DNA from: Eledone cirrhosa
Taxonomy: Eukaryota
NCBI GenBank assembly: GCA_964016885.1
Contig: OZ024743.1
Location: forward strand, 135,532,001-135,596,000
Reading direction: 5' to 3'
DNA length: 64,000 nucleotides
Part shown: positions 23,901 through 37,240 of the stretch, piece after piece
Position numbering within the stretch: position 1 is the stretch's first letter
How the letters are laid out: each line of letters begins with the position of its first letter
Program-made: the position numbers and the translations under genes
The notes under the pieces: generated by a model
The model's database searches: none
Seen by the model: only the letters and a program-made list of their open reading frames with translations
What the model was told of the DNA's origin: nothing

Positions 23901-26900
23901 TTGGTGCTTGGTGTTTGGTGCTTGGTGTTTGTACTTGGTGCTTGGTGCTTGGTGTTTTGTGCTTAGTTCTTGGTGTTTGGTGTTTGGTGCTTGGTGCTTG
24001 GTGCTTGGTGTTAGGTGTTTGGCGCTTGGTGCTTGGTGTTTGGTGTTTGGTCCTTGGTGCTTCGTGTTTAGTGCTTGGTGCTTGGTGTTTGTTGTTTGGT
24101 GCTTTCTGCTTGCTGCTTGGTGTTTGGTGCTTGGTCATTGGTGTTTGGTGTTTGGTGTTTGGTGTTTGGTGCTTCGTGCTTGGGGTTTGGTGTTTGGTGC
24201 TTGGTGCTTGGTGCTTGGTCTTTGGTGCTTGGTGCTTGGTGTTTGGTGTTTCGTGTTTGGTGCTTGGTGCTTGGTGTTTGGTGCTTGGTGCTTGGTGCTG
24301 GGTGGTTGGTATTTGGTGCTTGGTGCTTGGTGTTTGGTGCTTGGTGCTTGGTGCTTGGTGTTTGGTGTTTCGTGTTTGGTGCTTGGTGCTTGGTGTTTGG
24401 TGCTTGGTGCTTGGTGCTGGGTGGTTGGTATTTGGTGCTTGGTGCTTGGTGTTTGGTGCTTGGTGCTTGGTGCTTGGTGTTTGGTGCTTGGTGCTTGGTG
24501 CTTGGTCTTTGGTGCTTGGTGTTTGGTGTTTGGTGCTTGGTGCTTGGTGCTTGGTGTTTGGTGCTTGGTGATTAGTGTTTGGTGCTTGGTGCTTGGGGTT
24601 TGGTGTTTGGTGCTTGGTGCTTGGTGTTTGGTGCTTGGTACTTGGTGTTTGGTGCTTGGTGTTTGGTGTTTGGTGTTTGGTGTTTGGTGTTTGGTGTTTG
24701 GTGTTTGCTGTTTGGTGTCTGCTTTTTGGTGTTTGGTGTTTGCTGTATGGTGTTTGCTGTTTCGTGTTTGGTGTTTGCTGTTTGGTGTTTGGTGTTTGCT
24801 GTTAGGTGTTTGGTCTTTGGTGCTTGGTGTTTGGTGCTTGGTGTTTGGTGTTTGGTGCTTGGTGCTTGGTGTTTGGTGTTTGGTGCTTGGTGCTTGGTGC
24901 TTGGTGTTTGGTGTTTGGTGCTTGGTGTTTGGTGTTTGGTGTTTGGTGCTTGGTGTTTGGTGTTTGGTGCCTGGTGTTTGGTGTTTATTGCTTGTTGCTT
25001 GGTGCTTGGTGCTTGGTGTTTGGTGTTTGGTGCTTGGTGCTTGGTGTTTGGTGCTTGGTGCTTGGTGTTTGTACTTGGTGCTTGGTGCTTGGTGTTTGGT
25101 GCTTGGTTCTTGGTGTTTGGTGCTTGGTGTTTGGTGCTTGGTGCTTGGTGTTTGGTGCTTGGTGCTTGGTGCTTGGTGTTAGGTGTTTGGTGCTTGGTGC
25201 TTGGTGTTTGGTGTTTGGTTCTTGGTGCTTGGTATTTGGTGCTTGGTGCTTGCTGCTTGGTGTTTGGTGCTTGGTGATTGATGCTTGGTGTTTGGTGCTT
25301 GGTGCTTGGTGTTTGGTTTTTGGTGCTAGGTGCTTGGTGCTTGGTGTTTGGTGCTTGGTGTTTGGTGTTTGGTGCTTGGTGCTTGGTGTTTGTACTTGGT
25401 GCTTGGTGCTTGGTGTTTGGTGCTTGGTTCTTGGTGTTTGGTGCTTGGTGTTTGGTGCTTGGTGCTTGGTGTTTGGTGCTTGGTGCTTGGTGCTTGGTGT
25501 TAGGTGTTTGGTGCTTGGTGCTTGGTGTTTGGTGTTTGGTTCTTGGTGCTTGGTATTTGGTGCTTGGTGCTTGCTGCTTGGTGTTTGGTGCTTGGTGATT
25601 GATGCTTGGTGTTTGGTGCTTGGTGCTTGGTGTTTGGTTTTTGGTGCTAGGTGCTTGGTGCTTGGTGTTTGGTGCTTGGTGTTTGGTGTTTGGTACTTGG
25701 TGCTTGGTGCTTGGTGTTTGGTGCTTGGTGCTTGGTGTTTGGTGTTTGGTGTTTGGTGCTTGGTGCTTGGTGTTTGGTGCTTGGTGCTTGGTGCTGGGTG
25801 GTTGGTGTTTGGTGCTTGGTGCTTGGTGTTTGGTGCTTGGTGCATGGTGCTTGGTGTTTGGTGCTTGGTGCTTGGTGCTTGGTCTTTGGTGTTTGGTGTT
25901 TAGTGCTTGGTGCTTGGTGCTTGGTGCTTGGTGCATTGTGATTAGTGTTTGGTGCTTGGTCCTTGGGGTTTGATGTTTGGTGCTTGGTGCTTGGTGTTTG
26001 GTGCTGGGTACTTGGTGTTTGGTGCTTGGTGTTTGCTGTTTGCTGTTTGGTGTTTTTGTGTTTGCTGTTTGCTGTTTGGTGTCTGCTTTTTGGTGTTTGG
26101 TGTTTGCTCTATGGTGTTTGCTGTTTCATGTTTGGTGTTTGCTGTTTGGTGTTTGGTGTTTGCTGTTTGGTGTTTGGTCTTTGGTGCATGGTGTTTGGTG
26201 TTTGGTGCTTGGTGCTTGGTGCTTGGTGTTTGGTGTTTGGTGTTTGGTGCTTGGTGCCTGGTGCTTGTAGTTTGGTGATTGGTGCTTGGTGTTTGCTGTT
26301 TGGTGTTTGATGTTTGGTGTTTGCTGTTTGCTGTTTGGTGCTTGGTGCTTGGTGCTTGGTGTTTGGTGCTTGGTGCTTGGTGTTTGGTGCTTGGTGTTTG
26401 GTGCTTGGTGTTTGGTGTTTGGTGCTTGGTGCTTGGTGTTTGGTGTTTGATGCTTGGTGCTTGGTGCTTGGTGTTTGGTGTTTGCTGCTTGGTGTCTGGT
26501 TCCTGGTGCTGGGTGCTTGGTGTTTGGTGCTTGGTGTTTGGTGCTTGGTGCTTGGTGCTTGGTGTTAGGTGTTTGGTGCTTGGTGTTTGGTGTTTGGTGC
26601 TTCATGCTTGGTGCTTGGTGTTTGGTGCTTGGTGCTTGGTGTTTGGTGCTTGGTGCCTGGTGCATGGTGTTTGGTGCTTGATGCTTGGTGATTGGTGTTT
26701 GCTGTTAGGTGTTTGGTGCTTGGTGCTTGGTGTTTGGTGCTTGGTGCTTGGTGTTTGGTGTTTGGTGCCTGGTGATTGGTGCTTGGTGTATGGTGCTTGG
26801 TGCTTGGTGTTTGGTGCTAGGTGCGTGGTGCTTGGTGCTTGGTGTTTGGTGCTTGGTGTTTGGTGCTTGGCACTTGGGGCTTGGTGTTTGGTGCTTGGTG

Positions 26901-29900
26901 CTTGGTGCTTGGTGTTTGGTGCTTGGTGCTTGGTGTTTGGTGTTTGGTGCTTGGTGTTTGGTGCTTGGTGCTTGGTGCTGGGTGATTGGTGTTAGGTGCT
27001 TGGTGCTTGGTGTTTGGTGCTTGGTGCTTGGTGTTTGGTGTTTGGTGCTTGGTGCTTGGTGCTTGGTGTTTGGTGCTTGGTGCTTGGTGCTTGGTCTTTG
27101 GTGTTTGGTGTTTGGTGTTTGGTGCTTGGTGCTTGGTGTTTGGTGCTTGGTGCTTGGTGATTAGTGTTTGGTGCTTGCTGCTTGGGGCTTGGTGTTTGGT
27201 GCTTGGTGCTTGGTGTTTGGTGCTTGGTGCTTGGTGTTTGGTGCTTGGTGTTTGGTTTTTGCTGTTTGGTGTTTGGTGTTTGGTGTTTGCTGTTTGCTGT
27301 TTGCTTTTTGGTGTTTGGTGTTTGCTGTATGGTGTTTGCTGTTTCGTGTTTATTGTTTGCTGTTTGGTGTTTGGTGTTTGGTATTTGCTGTTTCCTGTTT
27401 GGTCTTTAGTCTTTGGTGCTTGGTGTTTGGTGCTTGGTGCTTGGTGTTTGGTATTTGGTGCTTGGTGTTTGGTGCTTGGTGCTTGGTGTTTGGTATTTGG
27501 GGCTTGGTGATTGGTGCTTGGTGCTTGGTGTTTGGTGTTTGGTGCTTGGGGCTTGGTGTTTGGTGCTGCGTGCTTGGTGATTGGTGCTTGGTGCTTGGTG
27601 TTTTGTGTTTGGTGTTTGATGCTTGGTGTTTGGTGTTTGGTGCTTGGTGCTTGGTGTTTGGTGTTTGATGCTTGGTGCTTGATGCTTGGTGCTTGGTGCT
27701 TGGTGTTTGGTGCTTGGTGCTTGGTGTTTGTACTTGTTGCTTGGTGCTTGGTGTTTGGTGCTTGGTTTTTGGTGCTTGGTGTTTGGTGTTTGCTGTTTGC
27801 TGTTTGGTGCTTGGTGTTTGCTGTTTGGTGTTTGTTGTTTGGTGTTTGCTGTTTGGTGTTTGCTGTTTGGTGTTTGGTGCTTGCTGTTTGGTGCTTGGTG
27901 TTTGGTGCTTGGTGCTTAGTGTTTGGTGTTTGGTGTTTGGTGCTTGGTGCTTGGGGCTTGGTGTTTGGTGCTTGGTGCTTGGTGCTTGGTGCTTGGTGCA
28001 TGGTGCTTGGTGCTTGGTGTTTGTCGCTTGGTGCTTGGTGCTTGGTGTTTGGTGCTTGGTGTTTGGTGTTTGGTGCTTGGTGTTTGGTGTTTGGTGTTTG
28101 GTGTTTGGTGTTTGGTGTTTGCTGTTTGCTGTTTGGTGTCTGCTTTTTGGTGTTTGGTGTTTTCTGTATGGTGTTTGCTGTTTCGTGTTTGGTGTTTGCT
28201 GTTTGGTGTTTGCGGTTTGCTGTTTGGTGTTTGGTGCTTGGTGCTTGGTGCTTGGTGTTTGGTGTTTGGTGCTTGGTGTTTGGTGTTTGGTTCTTGGTGC
28301 TTGGATTTTGGTGCTTGGTGCCTGGTGCTTGGTGTTTGGTGTTTGATGCTTGGTGCTTGATGCTTGGTGCTTGGTGTTTGGTGCTTGGTGCTTGGTGTTT
28401 GTACTTGTTACTTGGTGCTTGGTGTCTGGTGTTTGGTGCTTGGTGTCTGGTGTTTTGTGCTTGGTGTTTGGTGTTTGGTGCTTGGTGCTTGGTGCTTGGT
28501 GTTTGGTGTTTAGTGCTTGGTGTTTGGTGTTTGGTGCTTGGTGCTTGGTGTTTGTTGCTTGGTACTTGGTGCATGGTGTTTGGTGCTTGGTGCTTGGTGT
28601 TTGGTGCTTGGTGTTTGGTGCTTAGTGCTTGGTGTTTGGTGTTTGGTGTTTGATGCTTGGTGCTTGGTGTTTGGTGCTTGGTGTTTGTACTTGGTGCTTG
28701 GTGCTTGGTGTTTTGTGCTTAGTTCTTGGTGTTTGGTGTTTGGTGCTTGGTGCTTGGTGCTTGGTGTTAGGTGTTTGGCGCTTGGTGCTTGGTGTTTGGT
28801 GTTTGGTCCTTGGTGCTTCGTGTTTAGTGCTTGGTGCTTGGTGTTTGTTGTTTGGTGCTTTCTGCTTGCTGCTTGGTGTTTGGTGCTTGGTCATTGGTGT
28901 TTGGTGTTTGGTGTTTGGTGTTTGGTGCTTCGTGCTTGGGGTTTGGTGTTTGGTGCTTGGTGCTTGGTGCTTGGTCTTTGGTGCTTGGTGCTTGGTGTTT
29001 GGTGTTTCGTGTTTGGTGCTTGGTGCTTGGTGTTTGGTGCTTGGTGCTTGGTGCTGGGTGGTTGGTATTTGGTGCTTGGTGCTTGGTGTTTGGTGCTTGG
29101 TGCTTGGTGCTTGGTGTTTGGTGTTTCGTGTTTGGTGCTTGGTGCTTGGTGTTTGGTGCTTGGTGCTTGGTGCTGGGTGGTTGGTATGTGGTGCTTGGTG
29201 CTTGGTGTTTGGTGCTTGGTGCTTGGTGCTTGGTGTTTGGTGCTTGGTGCTTGGTGCTTGGTCTTTGGTGCTTGGTGTTTGGTGTTTGGTGCTTGGTGCT
29301 TGGTGCTTGGTGTTTGGTGCTTGGTGATTAGTGTTTGGTGCTTGGTGCTTGGGGTTTGGTGTTTGGTGCTTGGTGCTTGGTGTTTGGTGCTTGGTACTTG
29401 GTGTTTGGTGCTTGGTGTTTGGTGTTTGGTGTTTGGTGTTTGGTGTTTGGTGTTTGGTGTTTGCTGTTTGGTGTCTGCTTTTTGGTGTTTGGTGTTTGCT
29501 GTATGGTGTTTGCTGTTTCGTGTTTGGTGTTTGCTGTTTGGTGATTGGTGTTTGCTGTTAGGTGTTTGGTCTTTGGTGCTTGGTGTTTGGTGCTTGGTGT
29601 TTGGTGTTTGGTGCTTGGTGCTTGGTGTTTGGTGTTTGGTGCTTGGTGCTTGGTGCTTGGTGTTTGGTGTTTGGTGCTTGGTGTTTGGTGTTTGGTGTTT
29701 GGTGCTTGGTGTTTGGTGTTTGGTGCCTGGTGTTTGGTGTTTATTGCTTGTTGCTTGGTGCTTGGTGCTTGGTGTTTGGTGTTTGGTGCTTGGTGCTTGG
29801 TGTTTGGTGCTTGGTGCTTGGTGTTTGTACTTGGTGCTTGGTGCTTGGTGTTTGGTGCTTGGTTCTTGGTGTTTGGTGCTTGGTGTTTGGTGCTTGGTGC

Positions 29901-30146
29901 TTGGTGTTTGGTGCTTGGTGCTTGGTGCTTGGTGTTAGGTGTTTGGTGCTTGGTGCTTGGTGTTTGGTGTTTGGTTCTTGGTGCTTGGTATTTGGTGCTT
30001 GGTGCTTGCTGCTTGGTGTTTGGTGCTTGGTGATTGATGCTTGGTGTTTGGTGCTTGGTGCTTGGTGTTTGGTTTTTGGTGCTAGGTGCTTGGTGCTTGG
30101 TGTTTGGTGCTTGGTGTTTGGTGTTTGGTGCTTGGTGCTTGGTGTT
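20907..30146. repeat. Higher-order duplication of ~4.5 kb, offset 4777 then 4756 bp, 2 copies
   Basis: ORF pairs 21168/25945, 21502/26279, 22387/27164 and 22734/27511 (4777); 23761/28517, 24575/29331 and 25278/30034 (4756, after loss of 3 monomers). Confidence 0.92.
25020..25690. repeat. 321-bp tandem duplication at the junction of the two ~4.5-kb copies
   Basis: TTGTAC at 25069 and 25390; ORF starts 25278 and 25599 begin with the same sequence. Confidence 0.88.
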
Positions 30147-33100
30147 TGGTACTTGGTGCTTGGTGCTTGGTGTTTGGTGCTTGGTGTTTGGTGTTTGGTG
30201 CTTGGTGCTTGGTGTTTGGTACTTGGTGCTTGGTGCTTGGTGTTTGGTGCTTGGTGCTTGGTGTTTGGTGTTTGGTGTTTGGTGCCTGGTGCTTGGTGTT
30301 TGGTGCTTGGTGCTTGGTGTTTGTACTTGTTACTTGGTGCTTGGTGTCTGGTGTTTGGTGCTTGGTGTCTGGTGTTTTGTGCTTGGTGTTTGGTGTTTGG
30401 TGCTTGGTGCTTGGTGTTTGGTGTTTGGTGCTTGGTGCTTGGTGTTTGGTGTTTAGTGCTTGGTGTTTGGTGTTTGGTGCTTGGTGCTTGGTGTTTGTTG
30501 CTTGGTACTTGGTGCATGGTGTTTGGTGCTGGGTGCTTGGTGTTTGGTGCTTGGTGTTTGGTGCTTGGTGCTTGGTGTTTGGTGTTTGGTGTTTGATGCT
30601 TGGTGCTTGGTGTTTGGTGCTTGGTGTTTGTACTTGGTGCTTGGTGCTTGGTGTTTTGTGCTTAGTTCTTGGTGTTTGGTGTTTGGTGCTTGGTGATTGG
30701 TGCTTGGTGTTAGGTGTTTGGTGCTTGGTGCTTGGTGTTTGGTGTTTGGTCCTTGGTGCTTCGTGTTTAGTGCTTGGTGCTTCGTGTTTGTTGTTTGGTG
30801 CTTTCTGCTTGCTGCTTGGTGTTTGGTGCTTGGTCATTGGTGCTTGGTGTTTGGTGCTTGGTGCTTGGTGTTTGCTGTTTGGTGCTAGATGCTTGGTGCT
30901 TGGTGTTTGGTGTTTGGTGTTTGGTGTTTGGTGTTTGGTGCTTCGTGCTTGGGGTTTGGTGTTTGGTGCTTGGTGCTTGGTGCTTGGTCTTTGGTGCTTG
31001 GTGCTTGGTGTTTGGTGTTTCGTGTTTGGTGCTTGGTGCTTGGTGTTTGGCGCTTGGTGCTTGGTGCTGGGTGGTTGGTATTTGGTGCTTGGTGCTTGGT
31101 GTTTGGTGCTTGGTGCTTGGTGCTTGGTGCTTGGTGTTTGGTGCTTGGTGCTTGGTGCTTGGTCTTTGGTGCTTGGTGTTTGGTGTTTGGTGCTTGGTGC
31201 TTGGTGCTTGGTGTTTGGTGCTTGGTGATTAGTGTTTGGTGCTTGGTGCTTGGGGTTTGGTGTTTGGTGCTTGGTGCTTGGTGTTTGGTGCTTGGTACTT
31301 GGTGTTTGGTGCTTGGTGTTTGGTGTTTGCTGTTTGGTGTTTGGTGTTTGGTGTTTGGTGTTTGCTGTTTGGTGTCTGCTTTTTGGTGTTTGGTGTTTGC
31401 TGTATGGTGTTTGCTGTTTCGTGTTTGGTGTTTGCTGTTAGGTGTTTGGTCTTTGGTGCTTGGTGTTTGGTGCTTGGTGTTTGGTGTTTGGTGCTTGGTG
31501 CTTGGTGTTTGGTGTTTGGTGCTTGGTGCTTGGTGCTTGGTGTTTGGTGTTTGGTGCTTGGTGTTTGGTGTTTGGTGTTTGGTGCTTGGTGTTTGGTGTT
31601 TGGTGGCTGGTGTTTGGTGTTTATTGCTTGTTGCTTGGTGCTTGGTGCTTGGTGTTTGGTGTTTGGTGCTTGGTGCTTGGTGTTTGGTGCTTGGTGCTTG
31701 GTGTTTGTACTTGGTGCTTGGTGCTTGGTGTTTGGTGCTTGGTGATTGATGCTTGGTGTTTGGTGTTTGGTGCTTGGTGCTTGGTGCTTGGTGTTTGGTG
31801 CTTGGTGCTTGGTGTTTGGTTTTTGGTGCTAGGTGCTTGGTGCTTGGTGTTTGGTGCTTGGTGTTTGGTGTTTGGTGCTTGGTGCTTGGTGTTTGGTACT
31901 TGGTGCTTGGTGCTTGGTGTTTGGTGCTTGGTGCTTGGTGTTTGGTGTTTGGTGTTTGGTGCTTCGTGTTTGGTGTTTGGTGCTTGGTGCTTGGTGCTTT
32001 GTGTTTGGTTTTTGGTGCTTGGTGTCTGGAACTTGGTGTTTGGTGTTTGGTGCTTGGTGTTTGGTGTTTGGTGCTTGGTGCTTGGTGTTTGGTGCTTGGT
32101 GCTTGGTGTTTGTACTTGGTGCTTGGTGCTTGGTGTTTGGTGCTTGGTTCTTGGTGTTTGGTGCTTGGTGTTTGGAGCTTGGTGCTTGGTGTTTGGTGCT
32201 TGGTGCTTGGTGTTTGTACTTGGTGCTTGTTGCTTGGTGTTTGGTGCTTGGTTCTTGGTGTTTGGTGCTTGGTGTTTGGAGCTTGGTGCTTGGTGTTTGG
32301 TGCTTGGTGCTTGGTGTTTGGTGTTTGGTGCTTGGTGCTAGGTGTTTGGTGCTTGGTGCTTGGTGTTTGGTGTTTGGTTCTTGGTGCTTGGTATTTGGTG
32401 CTTTGTGCTTGCTGCTTGGTGTTTGGTGCTTGGTGATTGATGCTTGGTGTTTGGTGCTTGGTGCTTGGTGTTTGGTTTTTGGTGCTAGGTGCTTGGTGCT
32501 TGGTGTTTGGTGCTTGGTGTTTGGTGTTTGGTGCTTGGTGCTTGGGGCTTGGTTTTTGGTACTTGGTGCTTGGTGCTTGGTGTTTGGTGCTTGGTGCTTG
32601 GTGTTTGGTGTTTGGTGTTTGGTGCTTGGTGCTTGGTGTTTGGTGCTTGGTGCTTGGTGCTGGGTGGTTGGTGTTTGGTGCTTGGTGCTTGGTGTTTGGT
32701 GCTTGGTGCATGGTGCTTGGTGTTTGGTGCTTGGTGCTTGGTGTTTGGTGTTTGGTGCTTGGTGTTTGGTGCTTGGTGCCTGGTGCTTGTTGTTTGGTGC
32801 TTGGTGTTTGGTGTTTGGTGTTTGGTGCTTGGTGTTTGGTGTTTGGTGCTTGGTGCTTGGTGTTTGGTGTTTGATGCTTGGTGCTTGGTGCTTGGTGTTT
32901 GGTGTTTGCTGCTTGGTGTCTGGTGCTTGGTGCTTGGTGCTTGGTGTTTGGTGCTTGATGATTGGTGCTTGGTCTTTGGTGCTGGGTGCTTGGTGTTTGG
33001 TGTTTGATGCTTGGTGTTTGATGCTTGTTGCTTGGTTCTTGGTGTTTGGTGCTTGGTGTTTCGTGCTTGGTGCTTGGTGTTTGGTGCTTGGTGCTTGGTG

Positions 33101-34089
33101 TTTGGTGATTGGTGTATGGTGCTTGGTGCTTGGTGCTTGGTGTTAGGTGTTTGGTGCTTGGTGTTTGGTGTTTGGTGCTTGGTGCTTGGTGTTTGGTGTT
33201 TGGTGCCTGGTGATTGGTGCTTGGTGTATGGTGCTTGGTGCTTGGTGTTTGGTGCTAGGTGCTTGGTGTTTGGTGCTTGGTGCTTGGTGCTTGGTGTTTG
33301 GTGCTTGGTGCTTGGTGTTTGGTGTTTGGTGCTTGGTGTTTGGTGCTTGGTGTTTGGTGCTTGGTGCTTGGTGTTTGGTGCTTGGTGCTTGGTGCTTGGT
33401 GTTTGGTGCTTGGTGCTTGGTGCTTGGTCTTTGGTGCTTGGTGTTTGGTGTTTGCTGCTTGGTGCTTGGTGTTTGGTGCTTGGTGCTTGGTGATTAGTGT
33501 TTGGTGCTTGCTGCTTGGGGTTTGGTGTTTGGTGCTTGGTGCTTGGTGTTTGGTGTTTGGTGCTTGGTGCTTGGTGTTTGGTGCTTGGTGCTGGGTTCTG
33601 GGTGGTTGGTGTTTGGTGCTTGGTGCTTGGTGTTTGGTGCTTGGTGTTTGGTTTTTGCTGTTTGGTGTTTGGTGTTTGGTGTTTGCTGTTTGCTGTTGGC
33701 TTTTTGATGTTTGGTGTTTGCTGTATGGTGTTTGCTGTTTCGTGTTTATTGTTTGCTGTTTGGTGTTTGGTGTTTGGTGTTTGCTGTTTCCTGTTTGGTC
33801 TTTAGTCTTTGGTGCTTGGTGTTTGGTGCTTGGTGCTTGGTGTTTGGTATTTGGTGCTTGGTGTTTGGTGCTTGGTGCTTGGTACTTGTTGTTTGGTGAT
33901 TGGTGCTTGGTGCTTGGTGTTTGGTGTTTGATGCTTGGTGTTTGGTGTTTGGTGCTTGGTGCTTCGTGTTTGGTGTTTGATGCTTGGTGCTTGATGTTTG
34001 GTGCTTGGTGCTTGGTGTTTGGTGCTTGGTGCTTGGTGTTTGTACTTGTTGCTTGGTGCTTGATGTTTGGTGCTTGGTTTTTGGTGCTT

Positions 34090-37000
34090 GGTGTTTGGTG
34101 TTTGGTGCTTGGTGTTTGGTGTTTGGTGTTTGGTGTTTGAATTTTGCTGTTTGGTGTTTGCTGTTTGCTGTTTGGTGTCTGCTTTTTGGTGTTTGGTGTT
34201 TTCTGTATGGTGTTTGCTGTTTCGTGTTTGGTGTTTGCTGTTTGGTGTTTGCTGTTTGCTGTTTGGTGTTTGGTGCTTGGTGCTTGGTGCTTGGTGTTTG
34301 GTGTTTGGTGCTTGGTGTTTGGTGTTTGGTGCTTGGTGCTTGGATTTTGGTGCTTGGTGCCTGGTGCTTGGTGTTTGGTGTTTGATGCTTGGTGCTTGAT
34401 GCTTGGTGCTTGGTGTTTGGTGCTCGGTGCTTGGTGTTTGTACTTGTTACTTGGTGCTTGGTGTCTGGTGTTTGGTGCTTGGTGTCTGGTGTTTTGTGCT
34501 TGGTGTTTGGTGTTTGGTGCTTGGTGCTTGGTGTTTGGTGTTTGGTGCTTGGTGCTTGGTGTTTGGTGTTTAGTGCTTGGTGTTTGGTGTTTGGTGCTTG
34601 GTGTTTGGTGTTTGGTGTTTGATGCTTGGTGCTTGGTGCTTGGTGTTTGGTGCTTGGTGTTTGTACTTGGTGCTTGGTGCTTGGTGTTTTGTGCTTAGTT
34701 CTTGGTGTTTGGTGTTTGGTGCTTGGTGCTTGGTGCTTGGTGTTAGGTGTTTGGTGCTTGGTGCTTGGTGTTTGGTCTTTGGTGCTTGGTGTTTGGTGCT
34801 TGGTGCTTGGTGTTTGCTGTTTGGTGCTAGATGCTTGGTGCTTGGTGTTTGGTGTTTGGTGTTTGGTGTTTGGTGCTTCGTGCTTGGGGTTTGGTGTTTG
34901 GTGCTTGGTGCTTGGTGCTTGGTCTTTGGTGCTTGGTGCTTGGTGTTTGGTATTTCGTGTTTGGTGCTTGGTGTTTGGTGCTTGGTGCTTGGTGCTGGGT
35001 GGTTGGTATTTGGTGCTTGGTGCTTGGTGTTTGGTGCTTGGTGCTTGGTGCTTGGTGTTTGGTGCTTGGTGCTTGGTGTTTGTTGTTTGGTGCTTTCTGC
35101 TTGCTGCTTGGTGTTTGGTGCTTGGTCATTGGTGCTTGGTGTTTGGTGCTTGGTGCTTGGTGTTTGCTGTTTGGTGCTAGATGCTTGGTGCTTGGTGTTT
35201 GGTGTTTGGTGTTTGGTGTTTGGTGCTTCGTGCTTGGGGTTTGGTGTTTGGTGCTTGGTGCTTGGTGCTTGGTCTTTGGTGCTTGGTGCTTGGTGTTTGG
35301 TGTTTCGTGTTTGGTGCTTGGTGCTTGGTGTTTGGTGCTTGGTGCTTGGTGCTGGGTGGTTGGTATTTGGTGCTTGGTGCTTGGTGTTTGGTGCTTGGTG
35401 CTTGGTGCTTGGTGTTTGGTTCTTGGTGCTTGGTGCTTGGTCTTTGGTGCTTGGTGTTTGGTGTTTGGTGCTTGGTGCTTCGTGTTTGGTGTTTGATGCT
35501 TGGTGCTTGATGTTTGGTGCTTGGTGCTTGGTGTTTGGTGCTTGGTGCTTGGTGTTTGTACTTGTTGCTTGGTGCTTGATGTTTGGTGCTTGGTTTTTGG
35601 TGCTTGGTGTTTGGTGTTTGCTGTTTGCTGTTTGGTGCTTGGTGTTTGCTGTTTGGTGTTTGTTGTTTGGTGTTTGCTGTTTGGTGTTTGCTGTTTGGTG
35701 TTTGGTGCTTGCTGTTTGGTGCTTGGTGTTTGGTGCTTGGTGCTTAGTGTTTGGTGTTTGGTGTTTGGTGCTTGGTGCTTGGGGCTTGGTGTTTGGTGCT
35801 TGGTGCTTGGTGCTTGGTGCTTGGTGTTTGGTGCATGGTGCTTGGTGCTTGGTGTTTGTCGCTTGGTGCTTGGTGCTTGGTGTTTGGTGCTTGGTGTTTG
35901 GTGTTTGGTGCTTGGTGTTTGGTGTTTGGTGTTTGGTGTTTGAATTTTGCTGTTTGGTGTTTGCTGTTTGCTGTTTGGTGTCTGCTTTTTGGTGTTTGGT
36001 GTTTTCTGTATGGTGTTTGCTGTTTCGTGTTTGGTGTTTGCTGTTTGGTGTTTGCTGTTTGCTGTTTGGTGTTTGGTGCTTGGTGCTTGGTGCTTGGTGT
36101 TTGGTGTTTGGTGCTTGGTGTTTGGTGTTTGGTGCTTGGTGCTTGGATTTTGGTGCTTGGTGCCTGGTGCTTGGTGTTTGGTGTTTGATGCTTGGTGCTT
36201 GATGCTTGGTGCTTGGTGTTTGGTGCTTGGTGCTTGGTGTTTGTACTTGTTACTTGGTGCTTGGTGTCTGGTGTTTGGTGCTTGGTGTCTGGTGTTTTGT
36301 GCTTGGTGTTTGGTGTTTGGTGCTTGGTGCTTGGTGTTTGGTGTTTGGTGCTTGGTGCTTGGTGTTTGGTGTTTAGTGCTTGGTGTTTGGTGTTTGGTGC
36401 TTGGTGCTTGGTGTTTGTTGCTTGGTACTTGGTGCATGGTGTTTGGTGCTGGGTGCTTGGTGTTTGGTGCTTGGTGTTTGGTGCTTGGTGCTTGGTGTTT
36501 GGTGTTTGGTGTTTGATGCTTGGTGCTTGGTGCTTGGTGTTTTGTGCTTAGTTCTTGGTGTTTGGTGTTTGGTGCTTGGTGCTTGGTGCTTGGTGTTAGG
36601 TGTTTGGTGCTTGGTGCTTGGTGTTTGGTCTTTGGTGCTTGGTGTTTGGTGCTTGGTGCTTGGTGTTTGCTGTTTGGTGTTTGGTGTTTGGTGTTTGGTG
36701 CTTCGTGCTTGGGGTTTGGTGTTTGGTGCTTGGTGCTTGGTGCTTGGTCTTTGGTGCTTGGTGCTTGGTGTTTGGTATTTCGTGTTTGGTGCTTGGTATT
36801 TGGTGCTTGGTGCTTGGTGCTGGTTGGTTGGTATTTGGTGCTTGGTGCTTGGTGTTTGGTGCTTGGTGCTTGGTGCTTGGTGTTTGGTGCTTGGTGCTTG
36901 GTGTTTGTTGTTTGGTGCTTTCTGCTTGCTGCTTGGTGTTTGGTGCTTGGTCATTGGTGCTTGGTGTTTGGTGCTTGGTGCTTGGTGTTTGCTGTTTGGT

Positions 37001-37240
37001 GCTAGATGCTTGGTGCTTGGTGTTTGGTGTTTGGTGTTTGGTGTTTGGTGCTTCGTGCTTGGGGTTTGGTGTTTGGTGCTTGGTGCTTGGTGCTTGGTCT
37101 TTGGTGCTTGGTGCTTGGTGTTTGGTGTTTCGTGTTTGGTGCTTGGTGCTTGGTGTTTGGTGCTTGGTGCTTGGTGCTGGGTGGTTGGTATTTGGTGCTT
37201 GGTGCTTGGTGTTTGGTGCTTGGTGCTTGCTGCTTGGTGT
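34090..37240. repeat. Mosaic duplication at offset ~1803-1825 bp, containing a 350-bp internal duplication
   Basis: The rare monomer TTGAATT occurs at ~34137 and ~35940. ORFs 34144/35947 and 34389/36192 (1803), 35181/37006 (1825), 34831/35181 (350). Confidence 0.8.
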
